A stretch of 63,532 bases of DNA, the filler included, from Conidiobolus incongruus B7586 (lineage: Eukaryota), in assembly GCA_000697335.1 (NCBI GenBank). It is 9 parts of 9 records of this genome, joined end to end, with 100 filler letters (N's around TTAATTAATTAA, not from the genome) between each part and the next. Parts side by side here need not be neighbours in the genome. Positions count along the whole stretch, not along the records: positions 1 to 3,176 come from JNEM01006491.1; positions 3,277 to 11,360 come from JNEM01006492.1; positions 11,461 to 18,190 come from JNEM01006493.1; 6 more parts are not named here. One strand, written 5' to 3'. The notes beneath the pieces were generated by a model, which saw only the letters and a list, made by a program, of their open reading frames with translations, was not told the origin of the DNA and searched no databases. Both the position numbers and the translations under genes were made by a program. Below are positions 1 through 14,776 of the stretch, piece after piece; position 1 is the first letter of the stretch, and every line of letters starts with the position of its first letter.

Positions 1-32
1 TTTTATTCAATTTTTACAAAAATAATATATTA

Positions 33-1328
33 TTACTTTGTATTTTCAATAATGGTAATTTTTTGTGATTAAAAATAAACAAATATTTTAAATATAATAT
101 ATAATAATAAATATTTAGTATAAATTCAATAGTTTTTTTTATTATTGATAATTTTTTGCTATATTTTTAGTAAACTTTTAATATCTAAATAATACTTTTT
201 TTTATTCAATATTAAAATCTAATATTTTTTAAATTAATCCAATTTTTTTGCAAAAATTTTTTTTCTTATAAGTTGGTTTTTTAATTGCTTAAAACAATTA
301 TAATTATATAGGTTATAATTTAAAGAATATATTAGATATGGTAGTTTTTTTATTTATTTTTAATTAGAAAGTTTTTTATAGCTTAAATTTATATTTTTTA
401 TTATTATTATGTAAAATCATAAGTTTTTTGAAATTATATTAAAAATACTAATTAAAATACTTTTATTAAAAAAATATAAAATTTAATATTAATTAATTTT
501 TCTTCAAGTATTTAATAAAAATAGTATATACTATTATAATCTATTATAATAATTTATATTCACTTATTAACAGAATGCTTATTTAAAAAAATTTGTAAAG
601 ATGGTTAATTTAGCTTAATCTCACATTTTGATTTGTATTTTAGTAAAAAATTACATATAAAAATCTAAGATTCATTAATTATAATTATATATTATAAAAG
701 TTTAAACTTCTAATACTATATTAATAAGTATTATTTAATAATAAATAAATTTAAATTTTTTTAAGTTAAATTATAAAATACCTATTTTATATTTTTATTT
801 ATTAATTTAAATTTAAATTTTAATATATATATAATACTTATAAGACTAATATTAAAATGCTTAGATAATTCTTTAGCTAAAATAAAAAGATGTTTTTCAA
901 TATATTTTTTCACTTTATTAATAATTAAAAAAGTGATAGTTAAAGTTGGATTTTTAAATTTTAACAGGTTTTAGATAATTTCTCTCTTAACCTTAAAATA
1001 ATTTGCCTAGTAATAAATTGTTAACTTAAATAATACTTTATTAATAAAAACTACTTAAAAATTTAAAATAATTTTAAAAAGCTTATGATTAAGTTTTATT
1101 ATTACTAAAATAATAGACTTTTGATAATTATTATTTAGTTTAAAAATGATTAAATTAAATAACTAATTTCAAAAAATTAATTTTTTAATCAAAAAAATTA
1201 TTATATAAATATATATTAAAAATATATAATTTCCTATTACCTTTGAATATATTTATTCATTTCAAACTAATAATAAATTTGAAAAATCAGAAATTTTTTA
1301 ATTTATGATTATTTCAAATTTAAGGAAA
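33..1328 (-). mobile_element. Full-length hypermutated mariner (DD34D) DNA transposon, copy 1
   Basis: Reverse complement aligns along its length with 16592..17949; imperfect TIR (TTACTTTGTA..TAATGG) at 33 and its counterpart at ~1300-1328; TA flanks; differences between copies are almost all transitions. Confidence 0.88.
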
Positions 1329-2426
1329 TAATATATAATAGTTCAAAATCTTTTCAATATTATATGAAAAATTTAATTTGCATTTATTAATATTTGGTGT
1401 TTTTATTATATTAATGATTTCAAGCTATAACGTAATAATATATTAATGAATATAACAAACCTATAATTAAAACTGAATTTTTAATATAATGAAATTATCA
1501 ACTAATATATAATTTTAAAATAAGAGTTTTTTATGATTTTAATGATAATTATTTATATATCTTTAAAATAATAATTTAATGTCATTATAAAAAACATATG
1601 AATTTATAATTTTCATCTTTATGACTTGATTAGATAATATAACTTATCATTTATAAAAGACTTCTTTTTATAAATTAACAGTCTTTTTTGTCAAAATTTA
1701 TTCTAATTCTTTTAAATATTGATGGAAAACAAAATATATCTTCAATATTTATTTAAAATTATTAAATTTATTAATTTTGATTGATATTTCAGAAACCATA
1801 GTAATTTATATATATATAGAAGTAAATGATAGTAAAAATCAAATATGTAGTAATTTCATGTTATTTATTATATAATAGCTTATTAATTAGTTTATGACCA
1901 ATTATATCAGTAATTATAATTTATAATCAATTTCAACTTAATTTGATTCCAAATTATTTTTATAATATATATATTTATTAATATGGCAATGAAAATAATC
2001 TATCTAACTTAAAATGCTACTGCTATTGTACTAGTTATAACTCTATCAAATATCATATATTTATTGCCAATCATAGATTTTGATAAGAAATTTTAAAAAT
2101 AAAAACAATTAGTCATTAAATCATCCCATTTTGCGTTTTATTGATATTAAGTAATTACTTTCATTTTTTTAATTTGTTTGGTTTGATAAAAGTTCAAGAT
2201 ATGTTAATTAAGGTTGTAAATATATATTTTTTAAGAAAGTTTGAAAATCAATTTATTCTTGTGAAAGTATTATTGAGTTTAAAAATTTTTAAATTTCTTC
2301 GGTATTTTTACTGTTTTCATTGGACTTGCGATTATGCCAATGTTTTTTAGTGATTAAGCTCAAAGGTGTCTTTTAGATATGAATATAGCAACCTTTCTCA
2401 CAGAAGCAGTTACCTCTTCTATTAAC

Positions 2427-2723
2427 CTATTTGAAATATGGCTTGCATTGCTCATATGTACAGAACTCGCTCTGTTTATCACCCCAGTGGAGATGAGTTT
2501 GTAATTTCCAGCACGCTGCGAAGATAACCGAATTGTCATGTTCTCCACGGTAATAATTGCCCTTATATTCGATACAAAATTTCTGGCTCCAAGCATCTTC
2601 CTTCTCTGTAGCTTTTCGTACAACACCCGGATTTCTGTGGAACCCTTTCTTGTCACAAGTCACGTAAAGTCTATGAGCTCCAATTACAAATAATGCAAAG
2701 ATACTCAGCGTGTTAATACCTAT
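2427..2723 (-). pseudogene. Small secreted Cys-containing protein (98 codons), apparent start codon ATG>ATA
   Basis: Frame stays open upstream of the GTG at 2663 to AAA-ATA-GGT at 2723, reading (I)GINTLSIFALFVIGAHRLYVTCD.., a signal-peptide-like hydrophobic N-terminus; 5 Cys; GC-richer island within AT-rich DNA. Confidence 0.45.
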
Positions 2724-3176
2724 TTTATGATAAAATTATTAAATTTATTATGCATTGATTTTGTGTAATTTTTTTGAATTTATAATACCAGATATTTTGA
2801 ACTAAAAAATATGAATTGAAGAATATTTGTAGTGTAAGTATATTGCAGTGGATTTTACAATCCAATTATTTCCATATTCTTATAAACACATTATATTATG
2901 CAGTTATATTTATTGGAAGATATTAAGGCATTTATTATTTTGGATTTAATAGAATATAAATAAAAATAATATATATATTTAATAATGGTAAAAATTTAAT
3001 ATTTAAATAAAATATAACTTATAATATATAATATAACATAATATAATATAATATAAATATTATTTGATTATTAATAGCTTTTTATAATATTTGTTGAAAA
3101 TTAACTAATGAGAAAATCAATATAATATAAAGGAAGGCTTAATTTAATATTTATATAATTAGTTAATATATTAGTA

Positions 3177-3276
3177 NNNNNNNNNNNNNNNNNNNNNNNN
3201 NNNNNNNNNNNNNNNNNNNNTTAATTAATTAANNNNNNNNNNNNNNNNNNNNNNNNNNNNNNNNNNNNNNNNNNNN
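3177..3276. other. Artificial contig spacer (N44-TTAATTAATTAA-N44); identical spacers at 11361-11460, 18191-18290, 35324-35423, 44240-44339, 52630-52729, 59811-59910 and 61320-61419
   Basis: Exactly 100 nt each, with a central 12-mer that puts stop codons in all six frames. Confidence 0.99.
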
Positions 3277-4641
3277 ATTTTATAAACTTATCAATCTTTA
3301 AAAAAACTATTATAATTATATATTTTAATATTTTAAAACAAGATATTAAAGAAAGGAAATGATATTTGGCTTAAACTAAATTAATAAATTATAATATATA
3401 TTATATATTTTCATCAATATAAATAATTTTATTTAATATATTACTTAATTTTGAAATTTTTCAAATTTAATATTATTAAATAGATTTAATATAGTTACAG
3501 TTGTTAATATAGATATTGAATATAAACTTAACCAAAGTAAGGCATTCAATTATTTCAGGAGATTAAATTTCATGAGCTATTTATTAGTATAAGAGAGTAT
3601 TAATCTCGAACGAATATATAAATTGTGATTAAGTTGAAAAGTTTTATTTCTATGAGAATGAATGGATATTTACTAACATTATAACCAACGATAGAGCATT
3701 GTGTTATTATTTAGAGAGGCATATATATTTGAGGTATTCAATATTTGTTTAAATGGTAAATCTGAACCTTAATTACCATCTTCAAAAGAAATATGCTTTA
3801 TACAAGAAGCATAAAACAATAATATTTTTTCGATTATTTGGAAAATTATATATTAATATTTCAAATTATCTTTTAATACTGATAAAAGTATTTAATTCAA
3901 AAAATTCTGTTTGAATATTATGTTAAAAGATAATTTAAAACAATCAAAATCTTATAAATAACATAAAAACTATATAAATCTTGATATAATTTTTGTGAAT
4001 CAAGTCTCAAATTATAAAATTTCTTAACCCTCTCATTACAAGATTTGATATTAAATTGGCATAAATTAATAAAAAGAGTGAAGGATAGTTTTGAACTTGA
4101 ATACAATATAAATAAAGTAAACTTACTTTGATAACTTTAAAATGATAAAAATGCTCTATATTCTTTGTGAACTGGTAATATTATTCAAACAATCAACTAT
4201 ACTCTAAATGAAAAAATTAAATAAATCAATGTAACAAAATTAGTTTGATTAAATGTTCAAGGTTAAATTATTACAAGTTCCGTAATAAAATGACTTCAAT
4301 TAATTGAATATTTGATGTAACTTGAAAAACAAATTTAAAAATTTTGCATGGTAAAAATATTGGAATAATAAGTGTGAAAGAATAAAATGATACTCTGTTA
4401 TTTAATGGTGAAAGATAGTGAAGGATCAAATAACTAGTAGACTATTTTGTATAAAAATTTTGATGAGAAAAAAATTCAGATTGATAAGATTAATCACTAT
4501 ATTTATTATGATGAAAGATAAAATTAATTTTTAAATTTATATTTATTTGTATTAATAAAATTGATATATCATTATACAGTTGTGTTTTTAACTATTATTA
4601 AATTCAATTTAAAATCAATTTGTCAAATATGATTTTAAAAT

Positions 4642-6308
4642 TTAAAGTTTAGGAGCAGCAGCCAAAATTTCAGGAGTAGCATGGCTTTCGTATTCCTTAA
4701 AGTTTTCTAAGAAGAGGTTACCTAACTTGCGTAAGGTAGTGTTGTAAGCTTCACTGGTACCTAACCAAGCCTTAGCAGGGTTAAGTACTTCATCAGGAAC
4801 TCCAGAAACCTTGGTAGGGATTTGAAGATCGAAAACGGGATAGCTGACATATTCAGCATTTTCAAGTTCACCACTGTGGATAGCATCGATAATAGCACGA
4901 GAGTGCTTAAGAGCAATACGCTTACCAACACCATAAGCACCACCGTTCCAACCAGTATTAATTAACCAGACATTAACCTTGTGCTTCTGCATCTTTTCAG
5001 CAAGCATTTGAGCATATTTGACAGGGTGCCAGACCAAGAAGGGTTCACCGAAGCAGGCAGAGAAGGTAGCTTGAGGTTCAGTGATACCATCTTCGGTACC
5101 AGCAATCTTAGCAGTGTAACCAGAAATAAAGTGATACATAGCTTGAGCGGGAGTAAGCTTAGAAATAGGAGGAAGGACACCGAAAGCATCACAGGTAAGG
5201 AAGATAATGTTCTTGGGATGACCACCAACACACTTAGATTTGGCATTGGGGATGTATTCGATGGGATAAGCGCAACGAGTGTTCTCAGTGATAGAAACAT
5301 CATCATAGTCGACAACACGAGTTTCTTCGTCATAGACAACATTTTCTAAGACAGAGCCGAAACGAATAGCGTTGTAAATTTCAGGTTCTTTTTCGGCAGA
5401 GAGGCCAATACACTTAGCGTAACAACCACCTTCAATATTGAAAATACCATCATCTGACCAGCAGTGTTCATCATCACCAATCAAAAGACGACGAGGATCG
5501 GCGGATAAAGTAGTCTTACCAGTACCAGATAAACCAAAGAATAAGGAAACATCACCATCAGGACCTTCGTTAGCTGAACTGTGGAGAGAAAGGACACCAG
5601 CCTTAGGCATTAAGTAGTGCATAACAGTGAAGATACCCTTCTTCATTTCACCAGCATATTGAGTACCTAAGATGACCATTTCCTTACGAGCAAAATCAAT
5701 AGCTACACTGGTGGTAGAGGTCATACCAGAGGTGTAACGATTGGCAGGGAATTGACCAGCATTGAGGATAGTAAAGTCAGGAGTACCATAGTTTTGGAGT
5801 TCTTCATCAGTAGGACGAATCAACATGTTTCTCATGAAGAGAGCGTGGTAGGCACGAGCACAGACGACACGAACCTTAATACGATACTTGGGATCCCATC
5901 CAGCAAAACCATCAAAGACATAGAGCTTGGGACGAGTATTAAGGTAATCGACAGCTCTCTCGTGGTTGATGCGGAAGACATCGGAGGACATGGAGACGTT
6001 TACAGGACCCCACTATTTCAACTATTAATAAATGAAAAAAAAATATTCAATTAAATATATATACTTACCCAAATATCTTTAGAGGAATTGGGTTCGTCAA
6101 CAATACGCTTGTCTTTGGGGGAACGACCCTTCTTTTGACCAGAAGATGTAATTAAGGCACCAGTAGAGGAGAGAACGGTACCAGGTTCGTTCTGGAGGGC
6201 ATGTTCATATAACTGGGCAACAGACAAGTTGCGGAAAATGGCGGCATGAGTGTAATCGATACCAGCTTCAGTATGGAGTTGTTCTGAAATTTCGGGACCA
6301 AAAGGCAT
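4642..6308 (-). CDS. PCK1: Phosphoenolpyruvate carboxykinase (ATP); 2 exons, intron 6013..6068
   Basis: Start [10 protein letters not shown] at 6308; splicing GTAAGT..ATAG restores DIWWGPVN; motifs [24 protein letters not shown] (P-loop), [16 protein letters not shown]. Confidence 0.98.
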
Positions 6309-9300
6309 TTTGAATTTTTTACTCTGTAAGATTAGATTATTAAAATCGGAGAAGATAAAGAGTTTTGGTTTAAACGTCACAAGTCGACGAAAGAGCATTG
6401 CTTATATATGGAAAAAATTTATTCATTTATTTTCTCAGTATATTCATCAAAAGGCTCTGAACCACTTAGCACCAGTTCCGAAAACTGCCGGTCTCACTTC
6501 TTCAAATTTATTATGTTATTGGATCAATATGCTCAATTTTTAATAATTTACTCTATTTAATTTCAAATTATGGAAATTTTCTAAACTTACATTATAATTG
6601 TCCATTTTTACTGGATATAATAACATCTATATTCAATTTATACACAGTTCATACATTTTAACCAGTTAGACATCCGACTTGTACTATATTAATAAAACTT
6701 CAAATTGTTCAATTCTATAATATAGAGTATTCAAACAAGTCGAATTTTGCCTTTTTTATACATATTATATTGTATGTGAAAAACTGATTAAAAATAGAAT
6801 GGATCTTTTTACACCTTTCAAAAGAAAACAATTTCACATGAAACACAAACTATGATTGAACTAATCCTTCATTCTATCCAATCATATTGAACAATGAGTT
6901 TATTCATTCATAAAATGATTTACAAATAATGTGGTAAATTTGCTAATCCTTCGCTAATAATACAATGTTCTTTTAGCAGCAGAGGGTTTGTGATGAAACT
7001 TCATTAAACTTATGAGCTCAACCAATTGTAATTAATTTGTTCTTATTCAATCTATTTAAAAATTCTCAAAGTATCATATTTCTGCTACTTTTCCCCAACT
7101 CTTGTTACTTTCTTAAAGATGAATTTAGCCTTTTACATCCAAACTGTGTCTTAACTCATCTAGCACTCTAAAATGACACCATTGAGAAAGCTTTGGCAAA
7201 ATTCTTAAAATATTGCTCCAAAATTACATCACCTGCTATGAATTGGAAGTCATACCTCTACGGAATAGTTCGGAAGATTTGGTTTACATTCAATCGAATT
7301 GCAGTTTTATTTAACTCACAACAGAGCATTTATTTTTATTTATTGAGTTATTTAGCAAAAGATCATCAAATGTTTGATAAAACAATTTTTGAATTAAATA
7401 GAGTTATAGAGAAATAAAAATTCATCAGTTTTAAATAATAAAAACTACACGACTCATACTTCATTTCTTATTTATTGTAATATATACAATACTAATATAA
7501 ACAAACAGCTTATCCCATATAATATTGATCAAAATACACCTTGTGATTTGAAATAACAAATATGTCTGAAATTATACAGCTTTCGATTTATTACGAGCGT
7601 CTTAATAGTGATTAAAATTTAAAAGCTATTGATAGATGAAATGCACCAAATATCCCATATGACATATCATAACTTTTGTAAGGAATCCATCTTCAATTAA
7701 AAGTCATTCTTCAAATCCATAGGAATGACCCTTGAATAATTGCGATTACCGTTTTTTTCCTTTAAAGTATACAATATATCTATTAGAGTGTTGATATATT
7801 ATCCGCCCCTTTCATGTCTATTTTCGATAATAAAATATTTTACTATATACAATATAATACTAATATTATTGAATCAGATGCTATTCTTAATTATTATTAA
7901 TTGATTTGCATTCCATTAAAGTTAACATTATATTACAAATCAACCAATATAGTGAGCATTAAGAGTAAATATAACATAAATTTTATAATGAAACTATTAT
8001 CAAGATAATCACTAATATTTTTATCAAGTTTCAATATTCAATTAACTTCAACTGATTAATTTAAAAAATTTTTCATTGAGTTATTCGTATATAATTTAAC
8101 TATAACAGATTAAATCTAATTTAAATTATTTAATCTCAATTATTTTAAAATATCAAAATTTAACAAATTAATATTTTATTTAAAGACATGATTTTTAAAT
8201 GAATTATTTATAATGAAAATAGTTACATAATATCAATACAATTATAAATTGAAATTGATAAATATTAGCGATATTAACTAAACTCTAAATTTTTTTTAAT
8301 TTTACAAACTATATATTTTAAATTTATTTTATATAATTTATATTAACCATTAATTTTAAATTAATTTTTTATTATTGAGATAAATGTATAGTTGAATATA
8401 TTTCCTATTATTTCAAACTTATTGGATTATATAAAATAACCAATTATGATAAATGACAGCATTTATATTTCATAAATTTAGAAAATACTGAATGCTTAAA
8501 TAGTTTTAATAAAGGGTCTCAGTATTAACTTAAATTTATCAGATCCAAATATAGTATACACAATAATTATTTTAATTGAAATATTTAGTATAAACTATAA
8601 TTTGTGAGATAATATTATAATAAGATTAATTAAACAATATACTTTGTTTAACATAATACCAAATATATCAAAGTTGATTATTTATAATATTTAAATTAAC
8701 TAATCGTTTATTAATAATTAAATAATATTTAATATATTGATTTTATATTAAAATATTTTATTATATATTTGGACTAACTACAAATATAAAGTAAAAAATA
8801 AATTATCGTATAAAAGTTAATGTATTTTATTATTTTTCAAATACACTATACTTAAAATTATTAACTAAACAAATAGCAGATCCATTATTAATATAAAGTT
8901 ATTATATAAAATTTAGTAAAAATTATTTCATTCGTCTTCAAGTTGTTCCACATTATTATTTATTCCTCTCATTGATCATTCATTAATTAATTTCAGCTAA
9001 AATCATTTAATATCATATTAGTAGTTTATTTTCATTTTGTAATCTAAATATTAAAATATACATTATTTAATACAATTATAGTATTAAATATAGTATAATA
9101 TGCCTAAAGAGTTAAAAGCATTTATTTTTGTTTTTAATATTTGTTAGAATTTTATAAAATTGTACATAAAATAAAAACAGTGTATAACTAATGGATTATA
9201 TTGTAATTAATATTTTAAAGTGAATCATAAATCCAATGTTATTAAGCAAATTGGATAAAATGTAAATATTTTATATTGATATTGATTAACAAATAATAAT

Positions 9301-9446
9301 TGAAACTGTTATTAAAATTTTACTCTGTTCAATAAATTAAATGGAAATAATATTATTAAATAAGATGTTGCTTATTAATTTAAGTTGGATGAAAAATATC
9401 AAATCGATATATTTACTTCAATTACGTCAAACTTCTTTAATCCTTC

Positions 9447-10322
9447 TTAATTTCTATAATATTTATACATATTAGTACTAATGTAATCATAGAAAAATTT
9501 TTTTAATATTAAATTACCTTGATCTTTCAATTGTATCAAAGTATAATTAGGATCTGTATTAGGCAACACTGTATATTTGGGCTTAAAATCCACTTTAAAT
9601 AGTGATACAATCAAGTATATAAACCCGAATATAACTATAAGCCACGTGCAAAAGGGAATAAATGTATCGAGTTGAGGATTTGCAGAAGGTATTATGATAG
9701 GCGATTTGAATGTATCTTGAATGGTATACTTCAATACATGGAGTGACTCAAAGTTACCAGTTTGGGACGTTGATTTGGTGTAACAGCCTAAGGTGATAGA
9801 GGTTTTTGGAAGAGTTATTTCATTATATACTGTAGTTTTGGGAGGCTGATATCTTCCAAAGAGAGGTATCTCAAGTTCAGATTCTAGGGTAGTATATTCA
9901 GTATTGTCAGAATTGGAAACTTGAATAGAGTTTAAATCCCAATAGACATCAAATTTATTTGCGTATGTATCATCTATACGATCAACAGGCAATTCTAATT
10001 CTATGGGCGTATCGTGTAAATAAAAGGTTAATCCCTGTGCTTTCATCTGTCTCTCTCTAAATTTCATCAGGTTTGAAATTTGATAGGGATCAATAAATAC
10101 ATCTTTAACTAATTTCTGATGTATATGTATTGTTAAATTGCTTTGATTATACTGTGGATTGCATAATTTCATTAAGCTATTAGGGATATTGGCTTTCAAT
10201 TGATACTTGAGATTAGGATGAAAGGAACGCAAGGGATCTATTAAAGAATACAAACTAAAAGTAAACTCTTTATCAATATGATTGTATTTTAACTTTGTTA
10301 TTATCCATTTACTACTTTCCAT
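9447..10322 (-). CDS. PIG-X/PBN1-like subunit of GPI mannosyltransferase I
   Basis: DVFIDPYQ, LELPV and IPLFGRYQPP resemble PIG-X conserved blocks; single TM helix near the C-terminus (FCTWLIVIFGFIYLIVSLF). Confidence 0.7.
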   Translation of the reverse strand: MESSKWIITKLKYNHIDKEFTFSLYSLIDPLRSFHPNLKYQLKANIPNSLMKLCNPQYNQSNLTIHIHQKLVKDVFIDPYQISNLMKFRERQMKAQGLTFYLHDTPIELELPVDRIDDTYANKFDVYWDLNSIQVSNSDNTEYTTLESELEIPLFGRYQPPKTTVYNEITLPKTSITLGCYTKSTSQTGNFESLHVLKYTIQDTFKSPIIIPSANPQLDTFIPFCTWLIVIFGFIYLIVSLFKVDFKPKYTVLPNTDPNYTLIQLKDQGNLILKKFFYDYISTNMYKYYRN

Positions 10323-11221
10323 TTATGAATACACTCTTAAATATTAATAATATCACTTCTATTCATTATTTTATTTATTACTGAAATTTAATCATAAAAA
10401 CTATTTTGGGATTTAAGATTAACGTCATACTGTTTACTTGATTGTATTTTCTTACCTAAACGAATATATAAATTTAAAGATATATTTAAAGCGTAATTTT
10501 ACTAATATTTTTTATTAGTTTATCTGTATGATTAGTTCGAAACCTTGTAATTATACTGATTCTAAAGAAATAACATCATAAAATTATTCCTTAAGTTTAT
10601 TAAAAATTCATTACGTTAGAAAAATATAGTTTTGAAGTAAATTTGAAACAAAATTTTAATTTTAAAATATAATTATTTTTACAATATGTCGTTACCAAGG
10701 TACCCTAATGCTTTTAATGAATAGATTAATGGTGTTTTGATTCTTTTATACATTTATAAATACAGTATTCTAAATAGTATTTTTTATAGAGTGAAATTTC
10801 ACTATCCAATTTTAAAGGAATATTGTTAAAATTGAGAAGTGTATAAGTTTTGGAAATATAACCAACTTTTGATATGAAACATATCAAAATTTTACCAACT
10901 ATTTGAATACAGTATTTCACCAAAATTTTGCAGTTTAAATATTTTTCTGAACTATATAACTCAATATAAATTTAATAATTACATCTATTGAAAAAATACA
11001 GTATTAAAATTTAACAATTTAACAATTGAATATATTTCTTAAAGGGTGAATATTATAATATATAATTATTTTAAATATAGAATTAATTACTTTAAAATTG
11101 ATGTTATATAACTTTTAATTTGAACTTTTTATTTTAATGGGTTAGAATTGATAATTTCAAATTATTCAGTTTCTAAATAATATTGGAAACATTAACTGAT
11201 ATTAATACAAAAATTGACATT

Positions 11222-11360
11222 ATTATCATTAAATTAAAAAAATGGAAAATTTTTAACTTCTGATTTTTAAAATATATTATTAATTTCAAATAGAGAAATA
11301 TATACAAAATAAATTAAAAAATAAATAGTTTTGAATTAAATATATATATATATAATAGAT
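11222..11360 (+). mobile_element. Mariner 5' end fragment running into a gap
   Basis: Matches the element's left end (AATGGAAAATTTTTAACTTCTGATTTTT..TATATACAAAATAAA). Confidence 0.7.
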
Positions 11361-13404
11361 NNNNNNNNNNNNNNNNNNNNNNNNNNNNNNNNNNNNNNNN
11401 NNNNTTAATTAATTAANNNNNNNNNNNNNNNNNNNNNNNNNNNNNNNNNNNNNNNNNNNNTAAAATTATATAAAAATCTATATATTAAAATTTTAAAAGG
11501 AGTTACTTATCTAATATACACTAGATTATAATTTATGTATTATCATTATTTATACAATTATATATTATAATAATAAAAAATAATCCATAGAATAAAACAA
11601 AATAATTTATTAAACATTAAGTTTTAGTTTGTAATAAAAAAGCTATAATTTAATAATTAGAAGATTAATAAAAAAAGGAAAAGAATTATTAATAATAAAA
11701 AGGGGTATTAACTTTATATTTTATATCAATCATTATAAATTATTTTTTGATAATTATATTTTATTTTAAAATTTTACCAATATTTAATAGGTTTAGAAAT
11801 ATTCAAAACCATTTTGAGTATTTTGGAGAAGAAATTTGAATATAAAGTTTCGATTTAATGAGTTAGGTATTTGCCTCTTTTTAAAATATTATTTTTATAT
11901 AAAATATAAATAAAATTTTAATTCACTTAGAGTGTATATAATATTGATTTTTTAGCTTTATGCCAAAATTATTGTTATTTGGTGGTATTTCAGTTTTTTC
12001 TTTTAATTCAAGGCAATGGCATAGTCATGATCATTCATTGCTGATTAATGATAATAATAGCTTTTTACTTAATGCTGTATTATATAAAATTAATTAATAT
12101 TATAAACAATTAATACTCAAGTATTTACACTAAATTTAATAGTTAATTTTGGCCTAAATCTAATTTTGATAAATTAGGTTAAACCTGATAAATATTTTAG
12201 GAATAGAAATTATTTATTTTAAAGCTATATTGAATTTGATTTAAATTAAAGTGAAATATAACAGATTAATTATTAATAGAATTCAAGTATTTTAATTAAA
12301 ATTCTTTTATCAACATTATTTAATATATTGGCAAAATTTTTATTCAATATTAATTGAACTTCAAACTTTATATTTGTATTCTGTAAAGCAATACCAAATT
12401 GTAGCTTAGATTGACAATAATATTAAATAATAGATTTTTCGAAATGGATTATTAATATTGATTGAATGATAAATTTCAAATAGTTAGTTATTTTATGTCC
12501 ACGATTAATTTTTTCAGAAAATATGATATAAGAATGATTTAATTTCCTGATTTTAATATGAATAATATTCAATTTATCAAATTTACAATACAAATTAAAT
12601 TTATATTATAACAGTTTTATTATGTAAATTTATCATAAAATTCTTTTTTTTCAAAATTACAGATTATTATAAAATTTAAAAAAATGATCAAATTATTACA
12701 TCATATAAAGTACTGTAAACATATTTGATTTATAAAAATTTTAAAATTTTTCAAAAATCAAACAAATATAGTCAACCGATTATGACATAATTATGATGCT
12801 ATCAATAATCTAGAACCAGTTCTCCAACCTTCAAAAGTTACCAAAACCCTAAAATTATCTCGATAACTCTGAAATTATGGATTTAATTTGCATAAGGGGT
12901 AGATAGGAGATAGTAAATTTTCAAGTTGTGACATATGATAGATTTAAAATTTTGTTAGATATACTTGAAGAAGAGTTGGAGCTTGTGACCAATTTTTTAG
13001 GGAGATAGACAAATTTAATTAATATAATTTTATAGAGATATAAAGTCGTATCAAGAATGAATTAATATTAAAAAAAGTTTTAGTAATAAATAGAAATTAA
13101 ACAATCAAAACAATTTAGCAATAATACATTCAATTTAAACATCATTAAAATATAATGTTTATTGAATACAAGCTCAGAATTTCAAAAATTAATGCCTAAA
13201 TATCTATTTGATTTCTCGTTAAATTTTACATTATACACTTGATCATTAAATACTGAATATAAACAATATTTGTTTATATATGAATTTTAATATAAAATGT
13301 CTGAAAAAGAGGTTGTATGACTCATCTTAGTTTGAAAAATGATTAGATGAGATGGTTTATATGCATGGATTCACGCTTTCAGCATTAAATCTCCCGCCTT
13401 GATC

Positions 13405-14776
13405 TTATTGATTAGTTGAGTTATTATTATTATTATTACTACTCGAACTATTTTCCACATTATTGTTATTATTATTTAATTTTTTCATTAATTTGGAATA
13501 TCTGAGACCGCAAGCATTGCACAATCTAAATAGTATAGGTTAATAATAGCGAAAAGTATGGATAGATATGGGAGGTTACGTTTTGGGACCTTGTGGTCCT
13601 TTTCGCCATTCGGGACTGTCCGATGTACCACAATCTCGACAAATGTGCTCAATATTTTGGGATCTTTTAGCCTAAAAATCTCAGTTGAAATGTGATAAAA
13701 ATTATATTAAAATAAAAAATTACCCGCTTTTTAGGTATTTGAGCCGAAGGAGTAGATTCTCCCACGAGCGCTTTTAATTGAGGATTTGGTTCGAAATTCT
13801 CTTGATTGGATTTACTCAAAGTACTAACCGTTTTATCCCCAGAGTCGTTATCATTCCCTTCATAAAATCGTTTATATCTCTCCAATTTTTTAGTTAAAAG
13901 TTCATTTTCAAGTTTCAATTCCAGAAAAGAATCTAATAGACTGATAGCTTTGCTTGGATAAGGTCTAGCCATCATAAAGAAACATTTTGGAGTATTAGTT
14001 TGATCGGCAAAATAAGGGTGACCGTTCACTTCAAATACTGCAAATTTATCGTCCTTCTTACGAAATCTATAAAATAAATTTAAGGATTTAGAATGGACAC
14101 TGAGGTTGAAATCGCGAATGAAGGAGTCGACGTCATCCACATGTATAAAATTGGTAATATTTTTACCCACTAGTTCATTGGTAGCGTACCCAGTTATCTC
14201 TAAACAAGAGGGTGAGCAAAATAGAAAACGACCACTGGGAGATAAAACATGTAAAAAATCGCGTAATTCACCCAAAATTTTATAGGGCCAATTCTTATTA
14301 GGACTACTTATAGAACCAATTAAACCAGTAAGCTGTTGAGGGATAGGCATCGAAGAATTATTGTCCTTATTGTTCATAGTGGTACCAGCGTTGGGGTCGA
14401 TCTGAATAGAGTTGTGTCGCGAAGCAGAAGGAGTGGAATTAGCAGAAGACATGGGGGGTACCATTTGTGCCAATTGGTTGTTCATAGTATTTTGACTAGT
14501 AGCCATCATAATAGAATCATTCATAAGTAAAGTATTTTGATTTGCAGTTAAATCGCCAGTTTCATTTGATAACATTCTGTTGGTGTATGTTAATGAAATG
14601 AAATTGGGATCGGGTTGCGAATGGGGGAGATGCTGTGGGAATTGACTCATATCGGGCTGAACAAGTGGTATTGAGCGACTGGGGTCAAAGATAGTAGTAT
14701 ACTGAGAGGGAATATTTGAATTTGCATTCGACAATGGAACATTTGTATTACGATTATTGATATTGGTATTATCCAT
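13405..14776 (-). CDS. wc-2: White collar-2-like PAS + GATA zinc-finger transcription factor; introns 13672..13723 and 13526..13579
   Basis: PAS domain ([25 protein letters not shown]), coiled coil [14 protein letters not shown], spliced GATA finger [30 protein letters not shown]; stop TAA at 13405-13407. Confidence 0.9.

Noticed and set aside
1..1340. Mitochondrial insertion or CRISPR-like array in the AT-rich repeats
   Set aside because: No mitochondrial gene motifs and no regular repeat-spacer period; explained by mariner copies.
3177..3276. Palindromic TTAATTAATTAA recurring eight times inside N runs
   Set aside because: Artificial six-frame-stop linker of constant length; not biological.
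4761..6054. Alternative-frame and antisense ORFs within PCK1
   Set aside because: By-products of strong codon bias in a highly expressed gene.
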